Assembly: GCA_003427395.1 (NCBI GenBank) | Contig: BFEA01000010.1 | Coordinates: 7,362,102 to 7,426,101 of the forward strand | Direction: 5' to 3' | Source: Chara braunii | Lineage: Eukaryota; Plantae; Charophyceae | DNA: 64,000 nucleotides | Shown here: one piece after another, positions 25,129-37,200 of the stretch | How positions within the stretch are numbered: position 1 is the first letter of the stretch | How the letters are laid out: the number at the start of each line of letters is the position of its first letter | Position numbers and translations under genes: made by a program | Notes under the pieces: generated by a model | The model's input: the letters and a program-made list of their open reading frames with translations, nothing else | Told to the model about the DNA's origin: nothing | Database searches by the model: none

Positions 25129-26250
25129 TTGAAAGCCCCAGTCAGTTCTCACAGCGCCATCTGGTGCTCCAGCAGCGTAGTGTCTGGAATGGCAATTGAT
25201 ATGGCAGGAGTGGGCAGGATGGGCATGGGAGGGCAAGGGATAGGCAAGGGTGGTCAGGCGATGGGCATGGGTAACCAAGGGATGATCGGACAAGCGATGG
25301 GGAACCCAAGTATGGGCCCATCGAATCTTGCCGGTGAGAATATGGTAGCTTCGGGTAGTGCTCCAGCATCACTGTATGGGTTAGTGACGTGTTTCATATC
25401 CGGCAAGAACAGGCATTACGCCCGGAATTGTTGGCAAGTTGGGAACCGACCGAACACGGATGATGACAACTCGAGGATGAGGGAGATTTTTCAAAAAATG
25501 TCGTTGAGGGAGGAAGAGGAAGGGAATAGAAGACAGTGGGAATCCGAAGAGGCGAAGAAGGAGGAGAGGAGGGAAGGAGAGAAGATACGGGAGGAGGAGT
25601 TGAGGGAGGCAAAGTTGGAAGCCACAATTTTATGGATCTTGTCACAACGGCGTGAGCTAGTGATGATCGTGGCAGCACCACAAACAAGTAATCAAACAAG
25701 GAAGCGTTCGCCACGATCGAAGGCATCGATGCTGCAGGAATCAGCAGTTATACCGCCGAGTCCGAAGATGACAACGATGAAGTAAAGCTTGAGGCCGATA
25801 GATTTGATTGAGGCCCTAGGGACACGGAAGAAGGGCAAGAAGGCCACAAATCAGGTGCAGGGGGAAGCTAGCCAAATGGTGAGAAGGAGCCCTAAGACAA
25901 GGAGGGGGAAGGCGAAGGAAGTAGCGCCAACACAAGTCGAGGAAGGATATGAGACCCGAAAGAAGGCGTGCCCAACTGATGGCCTCGTTGAATATGCATT
26001 AACGCAAGCAAGGCACCTTAGCGGCCTAAAGGTGAATGAAGTTAGGAAACTCTCTGACCGTGAAGGGATTGAGTACATACTAGATACCGAAGGATCAAGC
26101 AGTCGAAGAACTGGTGCAGTGTCGAACCAGGCTCACATATGAGGGCTTCTTTGAGCGTAAGGTTCTGTTGACGTAAGGACAAAAACCAGCGCCTGGAGAT
26201 CTAAACGCTGCATGAAGGTAAGTATGCAACTATCGTCCAAGGCAGCAATG
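25129..26250 (+). pseudogene. Gag-like ORF with Gly/Met-rich N-terminus, degenerate CCHC zinc knuckle and charged coiled coil
   Basis: VTCFISGKNRHYARNCW (C-x2-[C>S]-x4-H-x4-C) and an E/R-rich helix; continues through ORF 25789-26142 after a stop or frameshift. Confidence 0.6.
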
Positions 26251-26273
26251 AGTCGATTATGTGAGCTGACTAG

Positions 26274-27560
26274 GTGAAAAAAACGGAGGGAGACAAAAAA
26301 GGTCCAACCATTAATGAGAGGACTGAGGAGAATGGGCTAGCGTTATTGTTGCTGCTGTTAGCAGTTAGGGGCGTCATACCTTGGTTTAGGAAGATCTTGT
26401 GGATGGTTGATGTAAGCAGGATATATGTGAACTTACTTGGTGTATATATAGTTGTAAGCCCGTATTGTAGGTGTAGGAAAATATACATCGGATGTACAGT
26501 AAGTAGAGTTATTACTAGGTGGGTCGAACACGTTAGATGCGTTGTATCTGGGAATACTGGCAACGCACCAAAGCTGCACACGTGGCTTCGATTTTATGGA
26601 TGGAATAACTATGTTGCTGTTTCGCTCGTAAGCGATGTACAGGACGGATTAGAGGTGGAGCGTGAGTTGATTCGGAGGTTCTCGTTGTCTCTAAACACCA
26701 TTGGAGGCGTGAAGGACCGGGTTCGAAGGGGACGGCGAAAAAGAGGAGTGAGGGTGGGTAGTGCCCACTATTTGGTGGGTGTGGTTGAGGTCAACTATGA
26801 AGGGTGGAAGTATGCCTCCTTACTCGGGTTACTTGTGCAACTTGCCAGCACTAAGGTCGAGCTCGAGTTGGTAACAAGTGTGGGCACTATCTGGATTGAG
26901 TCATGGAAGAAGATTCGGGAGAGGTTTGAGGAGACAATGGTCGTAGTGAGTTGTGGTTCTTCGGGTCCTGAAGGTGGTTGCAACGCCGACGGGCACACAA
27001 CGAAACAAGAGGTACCTGGGCGATCTACTTGCACAACCATGGCAAGTGAAGCATTTGTATAAGCTATCAATTAGTAGATTGGTAGATTTGTACAGGACAG
27101 CGGGACTGTTCTTCAAACATGCAACACGTTGCTGGCTGCTACAAAAACTGGAATGCGTCGTGAAGATTAAGGGAGGGGTTGACATCAGAAGGAGACTGAT
27201 CCTTAAAGTCCCGTTCTCCACACAGATTGCCATGTCTGCATTGCTCGAAAAAATCATCTTGTTATCAATCCAAGACGAAGTTATTTGTTTTCTTGTGGTA
27301 GAGAGCATGACGGTCGCCAACGTCATCCACAATTTCAGCCAGACTCTGGAGGGAGGGCACAATGTGTGTGTGTGCGCAAACTTTCCATCTAGAACAATTT
27401 CAGGGGCACGGATGTACGAGGTTAGACGACATACCGGGGATTGACAAGTCCGTACACAACTCGAGAAATATCACGAGTGGTAGAAACGTGTCAGCCTACC
27501 AGCTGATGGAAAGGGTGTATAGTGCGCTTCGTAAAAAATGGAGGTTCGACATGCTATAGG
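26274..27560 (+). pseudogene. GIY-YIG endonuclease plus CxC linker (frameshifted)
   Basis: GVYIVVSPYCRCRKIYIGCT...RWVEH...LEVERELIRRFSLSLNT has GIY/YIG, catalytic R and E, and N. Downstream VIHNFSQ...CVC...GH lies at about 27320-27410. Confidence 0.85.
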
Positions 27561-27947
27561 CATGCAAGTGGCATTCAGGAGGTTGTGGGTTCAAGCCCCA
27601 TAACTGTCTGTGGCGCACTTAGTGCAAACAGACTGTGACAGTCCTCTGGATACCCCTGATTGGTATTAGCAGGGTCTATGGCCAACACGGGTGTGAGTGC
27701 GAGAGCGAGTGGGTGGTGTGTGGTGTGTGGGAGAATGTTGGCCATAGCCTTTGCTGCTACTCGATGAGGGGTGGGGCACCCTCCTCTGCAGAGCACGGCT
27801 CACACCTACTAATTACCACTTGTCAAGTATCAGGTAGATGGAGTGAATCTTCTGCGAAAAAGTTGGGGGGACGCACTGTCGCACCCCCTGTTTGCATGAT
27901 AGGCCGACTTCCGATTCATCTCGCATTGCCATCCCGGTCTTCGGTAG

Positions 27948-28016
<69 letters not shown>

Positions 28017-29629
28017 GCAGGGCGCAGCCTCAGTGTATGAACGTACCTGACCGTCTTCACGGCCAGGATTGTTCGTAATCAGCGAGGAGCAACGGTGGAA
28101 CGGGGATGATCATGGCAAGTGGCACGGGCATCAGCCAGACAGGAATCACAACAGCGGGCAGTGGCGACATGGCCCTGCTACCAGTTTCATCAGATGTGTA
28201 AAATGAGAACGAATCTTTCCCTAAAAAGTGGAAAGATACATTGCACATTCTCACCAAAGGAAGTCTTATTCTCGGGCGCAGCCCCTGCTGGTCATACCGG
28301 CCAGACCGCAGGACCAAATCCAATTCTGTCTCGACCATTCACTTCGCAACGCCTCGAAACCCCCTTTTAGGTTCCTCCCTCGCTCGTTTTCATCGAGAAA
28401 CGAGCGAGCTATGCAGTTTCTACTCCCGCTTTCCCACTCTTTCTTCCTCCTCGACTCCTCCGCTCTCTTACTGTTCGTCCCCCTTTCCCACTCCTTCCAA
28501 CGTACCAGGGCACCAAACAAGACCAAGTTCATATCCCGGAAGCCAACCCAACTACAATGTCGAAGAGCAGCGAAACGCTGCTACTGCCATTCATGAGGGA
28601 AAATTCCATCAGAGAAGACGACGACCTCGTTGCGACAAGGAAGCTCTTAGCAAGGTGACGCCCCCTACCTCGACAACGACGACAGCTCAGTAGGAACAAA
28701 GAAGTTTTCAATTATTGCCCCTAAAAGAAGAAAAGAATATAAAAAATGATTTTTTTGCTAAAATATGGAAAGATGCATTGTTGCATCAACCCCCCCCCCT
28801 TCCTCGCGCAGCCTTAGCTATTCATGCCGGCCGAACCATCGCCCAAATCGGAAATCTGGCATAGCCATTCATATCGGAATGGTCAAAACCCCTATGTATC
28901 ATCTTGGTTCGGCAAAATTGGCCAAGAAACGACTGAGATATGTCACTTCCGCTCCCTGCCATATCCGCTTCCCAGCAACTCCGCGCAGCATCTTACTTCT
29001 GCAGCGCCAAAACCATCCAATAACTTCGAATTCTGACTTCACCATTAGGTTCGCCATGCTCTAGAACATTAGAAGCGAGTCTTCATTCACCTGTTTCTGT
29101 CGAGAAACGGGCGCAAAGTCATCTTCTCTCCCGCCATAGCTTGCTGCTCCCCCGTCACTGCGTTTCCTCTAGTCCCGCAGGCCCCCTATGCAGATTCCCG
29201 TCCAGGTTCGTTCACCCTGTTCTCCTCTCCACCTACTGCCAAACTGTGCGCTAATCCCGTACAACGGACGGGTATCGAAGGGCACAGACCGCAGGCCGGT
29301 GATCGCCGAAGTCAAGAATCTGCAAAGGAGTGCGTATCAACTCACCTGCTGAATCAATCAGTCCCGAATGGATGCCGCCCAAGCGCCCGGCCTATTGCTC
29401 GGCCGTCACGGCAGTTCTGCCGCTGCAGCAAGTGGGAGGGCACCGGCCTTGCCACAACGCCTGCACCTTGGTAAAGTCCCAGTCCCACCTTACGAAATAA
29501 GTAAAATAATAAAAAAAATAAAAATAAAAGTAACGGTATTTCAGCATGCGGCGCAAGCTCCCATTCACCCACCTTCAGTCGAGTTCGAGCTTCAGGTCTG
29601 CATTTCAACAGTTTGTGGGTGTATCAAAT

Positions 29630-30045
29630 GAGCGAGGCCCGCCTGCGGCTGTTCCCATAGGCCTATTTTTCACAGTGCGAGTGTACCAGTCTGAGCTAGG
29701 TCCTCAGGTGCTGGTCCCACAGGTCTGTTTCACACAGTCCGGGGGTGTACCAGTCTGAGCTAGGTTCGCAGGAGCTGGTCCCACAGGCCTGTTCAACAGC
29801 TCATGGAGGTACCGCTGACCTAGGCCCGCCGGCAGCAGTTCCCACAGGCCAATTTTCAGCAGTTCGCGGGTGTACCAACTGAGTTGGGTACGCAGCTGCT
29901 GGTCCCACAGGCCTGTTCAATAGTTCATGGGGTACCACTGAGCTAGGCCCGCCGTTGTTGTTCCCACAGGCCTATTAGGCTGTTATCCACAGTTCGCGGG
30001 TGTACCAACGGAGCTGGGTCCTCAGCTGCTGGTCCCACAGGCCTT
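29630..30045. repeat. Minisatellite, about 58-bp unit, about 7 copies
   Basis: Recurring gtacc...gagctagg..c.cag..gctggtcccacaggcc. Confidence 0.85.
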
Positions 30046-32023
30046 CTCACACCCAACCCTCTCACTTTTCACAGCAAGCTGAGGTGAACGGGCGGTATAT
30101 CCCCTGGCCATGGCTGCCCAGGCTTCCACCACCCCGCAGGTCCTGATGCAGATCTTGGCGGTAGTAGCAAATATTCAAATGAGAACTTTGAAGGCCGGCG
30201 TGGGGGCGGGTTCCATCTCACCTGCTGCTGGGATAGCCTGCTGCACAGCCAAAACTGTGGCAGCCTCCCACCGGTGCCCCCTGGCCCCGCTGTAGCAAAT
30301 CTTTAACTGAGAACTCTGCAGGCCGAAGTGGCCTGCTGCTGGGACAGAATGGGCCGCGCAGCCAGCACTGCGGCAACCTTTTACTGGTGCCCCTTGGCCC
30401 CGCCCAGGCATAGTTCACCACCTTGCGGGCCCTCGCGGGTATACTGACACTCAACCCTCTCTCAACAGATTGTGGCTGGCGGACGGTGTGCCTGCAGCGA
30501 CCCCCGCCACCCAGGTTTCTTTCCGCCTCGTGGGCTAATTACCCACTGGCTCGCATGCACGTTGAACTCCCCGGTCCAAGTTTGAAGACGGGCAGATAGA
30601 GAAATTTTATCAGCATCCAGGACACGCCGGAACCCGAGCAGGCCCATCGAAAGAGGCGCGTGATCAAGGTCCTCGACTGCCGTAACGACCACCCGTGTCC
30701 GACAAAGTAGTAGCCGAGCCACGCCCGTGGGGTCTGATGTCGGTCTCGGAACCGATTACCAAGTCAAAGATATCAAAAAATAAAAGTCGGAATAAAAAAG
30801 TAAATATAAAATAAAATAACAAAATAAGTATAAATGCGAGGTAACACAAAAAGTAAGGGGACTAGGGGTCGCGCGTCCCACTGGCCTGCGACGCTGCTTC
30901 CCGCCAGGTCTCGCATGGTTGCGCCTTGCCGTCGATACCCCGCGCGTGCCGCTCAGCCGGTCGAGGACTCAACTCTCACCCAGGAGCGCGCCGTCAACTT
31001 CGGTCGAGGCCGCACCAACGTAAATTACAAAAAACACGCCAAATACCCTTGTAAGGGTATTTGGTACGACAGTCCTCCCGGACCTTACACCGTCGCTTTG
31101 GGTGTCCAAACCAAATACCGTTTAAACATAGCCTCAAGGAAACGTGTACAATAACTTTCTAAATATAACTTATTTGACTAAAAACAGTTATCCAGTTATA
31201 TCGACTTCGAACCTCAATTCCTCAGGATAACTTGGCAAATGTCAGTGCATCTCAACGGTTGAAAATATAATTTAATTCCTGACCAAAATAGAAATCTACG
31301 ATAGCCGAATCGGCTAAGCACTGGCACGCTTCAACCTCTAATTCAACAAAGTGGATGAAGTCACTTTCCACCAGCTATAATCACGGACAAGAAGTCACCC
31401 AAAGTCATACTTAAGACTACACCATTCCCGGTCCCTTTGAACAATATTTTATCGCGTCGGGCACGTAAATCGTTCTATGAGAAAAACAAAACCCAACTCA
31501 ATGGTGGGTTTCTAATTGAAGATCTGAAAACTCACATGATGATGATTTAAACTCAACTCATTTACATACCCTTTTTTGAACTCTCTCAAACGAACTCCCC
31601 ATTATAGGGAATAATCAGACATCTCACTCTTACGGCTAACCAAAAATGGTTAGCCTGATTGACCTTATGATACATGCCACAGATGTACCTCATGGGTCGG
31701 GCCCCGTTCAGCCCAATCTCACAGACCATTATTGTTGCATACAAGTCACTCATTTTAGTCATTCACAAAAAAATAGACGGGCAGGGATATTCATTAAGTC
31801 TTCAAAATAAATGAAATTGAAATTCACACCTTTTGCCCATAAATCCTACTTTTAAAGTAGGGTCTTTCACTTTTGTAACACGCTTTGTCAATCCTATTCA
31901 TAAGCTTTGCGTAATGAGTAAGCTCTCATAATCTTTCCTCCAAATAAAACTCAACGTTTCTACTTCTCAAAATTCCACATTTGTTGACAATGTCACTTTC
32001 AATCATAGACTAAAGCCAGATGG

Positions 32024-32360
32024 AGGGTCCCAGAATCAGGCGGGCTTCCTTGTCGCAGACGATGCCCTCACTAGCTATTAATCAAAACTTAGTCCTTATA
32101 ATCATGGAAATCACTGCCGCAGACTACACCGCTTGCAGCCCATAATAAGTTAAGGGTCCTAGAATCAGGCAGGTTTCCCTGCCGCAGACGACGCCTTCAC
32201 CGACTATTATGTGATTAAGCTAAGCGGGGATGCCGATTCTGGCGGTTCTTTCCTTACCCTCGCCGCACACAAAACCATATGTGACTCACAACCAAAGGCC
32301 AGTCATGAGGGGTCCCAGAATCAGGCGGGTTTCCCTGCCGCAAACGACGCCCTCACCGAC
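32024..32360. repeat. Three spaced direct repeats of about 50 bp with hairpin potential
   Basis: GGGTCC(C/T)AGAATCAGGC(G/A)GG(C/T)TTCC..G.CGCA.ACGA.GCC.TCAC at about 32024, 32153 and 32310, separated by unrelated sequence. Confidence 0.85.
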
Positions 32361-33299
32361 AACTGAGAACCATCATTCCAAAATGATTCCCAAAGGAGAT
32401 CCATACTACATCGAGTTTCAAATTATTACAAATCTTAAACTGTCACCAATTAAGGTCTCAATCAAACACAAATGATCTTGTAGAGCATACCCTTGATGAC
32501 CGAGCGGAATCATAAGTCGGGTGAAGAGAAGAAAGAGAAGTTATGTGTTGAGAGATAGGAGGTGCAGACTAGAGTGAGGAATGTCGCGGCTCATACCTGT
32601 GAAAGGACCATTGACGTCTCAAGCAGGAAGAGGAAAGAAAAGCAAGGGAGCCACAACCTCCCACTGCATCTGATACCAAAAAGGAGTGTGATGATAAGGA
32701 GGCATCATCAACTGCTAGTTGGACAGGGCGAAAGAATAGCAAGCGGCGAGAACAGTGGTCGAAGATTGTATGTGGTTGTTGTGGGAAAGTCGGTCATACT
32801 TCTCGCAAATGCAAGAGAGCGAAAGATAGAGTCGAAACAGGAGAGCGTTTGCCCTAGATAAATGTCAATTTTTCTCCTAATAGTTATCATCTTCTCACTT
32901 ATCTCATCTATGGCAAGAAAAAGGTAGAGTCGCGTCAGTAGCTTCAAGACGACTTGTAGATAGACATTTAGAGTGTTATGACCATACGGAAGACTCACTT
33001 GCTAGACTTATAGGCGATGATCTATTTTGCATTACCATTAAGGCTGAGCCTATGAGCTTTCCGATGATATATGAGATTCACCTTGTATATAAATTCTAAT
33101 TTCGAGTGTGGGTCATTTGGGATTGTGCGTACGTACTGGATTTTTTTTTTTTTTTTTTTCCACTCTCTAAGTTTTGTTTCAGTTTTCGTAGGATACCAGT
33201 GGAGAGCTACTATGGATAGGTTGTCCGTATGTTTAACGCTCAATCACCTCCACGAGAACACTTGGGATCATTTTGTGTATATCAATCAATTATTATACG

Positions 33300-34298
33300 C
33301 TCCAGGTCCTCTTCCTTCTTCTTGTCGCCAGAGCACGGTTTTGGAATCAGCAAGGGTATCTTGGGTGCCCACTGCATGGGCTGTATAGCGTCATGTGCCT
33401 GCTGCATTGGTTGTGAAACCAGTGGACCAGGCCGCTGCGGTGGTAATTGTTGCACAGGATGTTGTACATGCGGCTGCCCTGTAGCAGCAGCTGTTGAGAG
33501 TGGAAGTGAAGGAGGAACTGGAATCTACCCGCTACTACCTACTACTAAACCACTTGATGGAGGTATGCCGTACATAGGGGAAAAGGATGGTCCCACCGGG
33601 GGCACTACAGCAACTTGCGGTTGCCTCACCATTGGCCGAGGCACCTGTACCGCAGCCAGAATCCTATTCTGGCCAGCCACTAGCTCGGCCAACAGCTCCT
33701 GTTGCACAGCCTGTGCTTCTGCAACAATCAACAGAGAGTTCCGAAGGGATCTAGGAACAGGGTCTAATGTTGATTCATCTATAACCTCTAGTCTGCCTAG
33801 CTCCTGCATTCTTGCCCCTAGTCTAGCTTTTTAAATTCTAGTTCTTTCCCTTCTCTCCCGTACTTCCTGCGACTGGCGTTGTAGCTCTGCGTGGAGTGCG
33901 TTTGCTTCTGCAATCTCATAGTCCTCGTCAGACATGGGTTGTTGCTGGCTGACCTGCAAGCCAGCGTTCTGACTCATGGAAGACCCTGACATACCCGAAC
34001 TTGCACCTGACGAAGTGGCCTGAGACGAGGCCTGTGACATAGCAGAGACGGTAGCCATGGCTGCCTCTGCTGTGGCTCTAGCTTCTGCTGCTCTAGCTGC
34101 TGCTAGTGCCCTCTCAGCGTCGGCTGCTGCTGCCGTAGCCCTCTGCAATATGCCCATCTCACTGGCTTTTCTCCGTAGTCTTCTTTCCTCTCCTGATTGT
34201 AACACCAAGAAAGTGGTCGGCCAACCGAGTGCACGTCTACGGGTAAGTCTCCTATCTCCCTGGTCTAGTTCTTCAACCTCTTTGTCATCTCCACTCAT
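33300..34298 (-). pseudogene. N-terminal gag fragment of a further Ty3/gypsy element (truncated)
   Basis: One frame with two stops: ORFs 33831-34298 and 33525-33809, then ...QWAPKIPLLIPKPCSGDKKKEEDL, resembling the P-x-F-x-G start of a retrotransposon capsid. The sequence changes abruptly after this. Confidence 0.6.
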
Positions 34299-37200
34299 GA
34301 GCTATGTGTGGTCTGCAATCTGTAGTAGAGTCCTCGCTGGGACCTACCGCAGCATGGCATCCAACCAATTAAAATAAAATAAAGTAGCCAAGTGGTAACA
34401 GTAGATAATCTCAGATTCCTACAAACAACTCTACTCCCACTTTTGACTAGTCTGAAACAGATTGCAATGCAGCCAAGAATATTAACTACTCTATCTACAG
34501 CTGTCTGTTAGTTGTTAGCAACGTCCGTCACAACTAACTAATCAAAAATAAAAATAAATCATTTGCTGATGTGCAAGCAGAATGAAATTTATACAATAAT
34601 GAACAATTGAACAGTTAATGGAATCTTCCCTCCCCCTGTGTCCCTCTTGAGTAGTCACTTAGTGTCAACTTCCTGAAACTCTGGTTCAGCGGCGTGTATG
34701 AAGGTGTCCAATCAGCCCACCCCAAGTGTATGCAGAACTGGCCAGCCCTGACCATACTATTTTTATACTCTCATACATCGCAAGCCGTCTATCCCCGCCA
34801 GAGTCTCTTTATAGACGGTCCGGTACTCGTCTCTTCCTGATAGGGCTGGCCTGCCCGACATCACCTCTACAGCGCAGCAAGCAGACCAATGGACAAGCGG
34901 CAAAGCATGAGTGTACTAGGTTTAGCAGGTTGGCATGGTGACCGTGACCCGAGTGCCTCGTCCAGGGCCCTTCAGAGGCAACGCCCATCTCCCACCAGCT
35001 TGCTCTCAAGGAAGAATGTCGATTCTCAAGGTTGAGCGCTCGCGACACCTCACAATGAGAGGACTCTCAAGACAAAACTCACTTCCTCACGGTAAGAAGC
35101 AATGAAGAGGGTAGATAAGGCAAGGAGCAACCTACCTCATAGTGCTGCCCCCAACCACAGATTTCTCACCAGTAACCTGACGTGCATTTATGATGATTGG
35201 TCGATGCCTCGGCACAACCCACAATACAATACAGTTCTACCTCGGCTTAAATGCCACGTCAGCAAGTTCTCATCATCCAACGTGCACCCTTATATGTCAC
35301 CACATACCCCTCCTGGCGCGCCCACACGACCTTGGGCTGCCTTCTCACCAACGCACAAGCGTTATCACTGCCGCACCATGACCAGCGAAGCACCGAACAA
35401 CTATTGCGAAGGAGCCAGCAGATCGGCACGAACCAGCTCTAATACAAAATTGCAAGAAAAATGAGATATAACGAAATGACAGAAATCCAGAATGCAAAAT
35501 TAACTTTGAAAGCCAGCAAGTCCAATGCTGTCGAGAAAGAAGAAATGCACTGATATTCCACCAACGGAGAACCAAAGCACTGACTCCGAATGTCAATGAG
35601 GGCATCCTCTCACCACCACCAACATATGTACCCAGATTTCTTCCTCCTACTTGGAGCTCAGCGCCAAGACTACGATCACACAGCCTACTAGCAGCCTACG
35701 AATTGACAATGCATCCAGTTGACGTCAGCAACAGAACCGAAGTACATGAAGATGTCGACCCTTGTAGACCATCGCCAAGACCAGGTACGTGCCCTCACAT
35801 CATCAACCCCATCTCTCTCTCTCTCTCACCCTCGACTTTCTCACCCACGTACTCACCCTCATACGCGAAGACCACCACCACCTCCCGCTGGCTGTCCAAG
35901 CCGAGCCCGACTATGGTCGGGCTGGCTATGGCGCTGCCCTCAGCAGCACCCTGCCTCATATCGACACCCGCGTGCGCCCGCCTTGCACCTAGTGCTAGCG
36001 CACAACACACAGCCCGCGAGCTCACCCTCAAGCAGTGCTGCTGCATGCACTACGTAGTGCCCGACTACCGTGTCCGGAGCCCGACCCTTTCCTATATGGA
36101 AAGTGGCGGGTGCTTTCCCGTGCTTCCCCTGTGAGACCGAGTTTTCAGTAGCTTCTGTCTCGGCCAAAGTGTTTGCGCCCAGGCCTGTTCAGACAATGGC
36201 CCGGGACCGAATAGGTTAGGCATGCCCAACCACCCAGGCACAAACGCGCGGTGCTCCCTGCTTCAATCACGTTGCTGGAAGAGCCTGGAAGGCTCAAGCA
36301 TATTTCCGATTCTCATGAGCAAAGCGGATGTAACCAACTGGCGCGTGGCAACTGTCTGACGCCCACCAAGGTTTGCAAAAATTGACGAGTTCAGGGCTCA
36401 TTGATATTCAGGGGGCCCGCCTTCACTTAGGGCTGTCATGCGCTTGCTGCAGGGCCTTATGCCAAGGGGTACACCCTCGCAAAAAACAATCTTTTATCTT
36501 TATTTTTTACTTTTTTTGGCCCGGTCGGGCAAGTTGTCCCGGGCCACTCTGGTAGCCTAGTTATTGTTATTGCAAGGAAAATGAGCGAGAGCAATAGACA
36601 TAAACCAAATTGCAACATCACACTGAAGACCAGATAGTCGTGTACCAAGCAGAATGCACCATGCACCGAGATACAAGCCAAATAAAAGCAGTGCAATGAA
36701 CTCAAATGTCAATCTCGACACTCTCTCGCTACACCAACACTGTATCCAATGTTGCTCTTCTCGATAATCACTCAGCGCCCTGTCGATCCGACTATATAAG
36801 CCCACACTACATAGGTGCAACAGTTGTCCGAACAGGTAGGTGCTTGTTCGGACCAGTGTATTCCACTTTTGGGTGTAGTAGGCCAGGCTGAGCTTTGTCC
36901 GCATCTGGGACTGAACCAGGCGCTCGTCTGTTTGTGCCTGGCCCAGTCTTCGTCCACTCTGGACTGGGCCGCCCGAACATCCGGTAAGGACCCAGGCAGG
37001 CCGTTTTAGGCTAGGAATGCAGGACCAGGACTTGGGCCCGCGATCAGGACCATCGATCAGATGATGGATTGGACGGTCCTGATTGCTGAGTGTGGAGAGT
37101 CCAGCCAGGCCCAGCAGTACATAGCTCGACCGGTCCTCCAGTTGGGAACATTCTGGTTGGGGCATCAATTGGGCGACATGCTGCTGAGAGCAGCGCCAAT

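Larger units (their letters stand above)
24900..27950 (+). mobile_element. Penelope-like retroelement remnant, N-terminal-endonuclease (Chlamys/Naiad-type) architecture; RT core absent; boundaries approximate
   Basis: Zinc-knuckle ORF, then a GIY-YIG ORF, then an H-N...CxC...GH linker. The right end abuts a (TC)n tract at 27951. Confidence 0.65.

Noticed and set aside
32024-32360. CRISPR-like repeat-spacer array
   Set aside because: Only three imperfect repeats of about 50 bp, unequal long spacers, no cas genes, eukaryotic TE context.
28030-32700. TRIM/LARD-type element from PBS-like (30745-30760, 32666-32678) and PPT-like (about 30450) motifs on the - strand
   Set aside because: No paired LTRs or TSD could be found.
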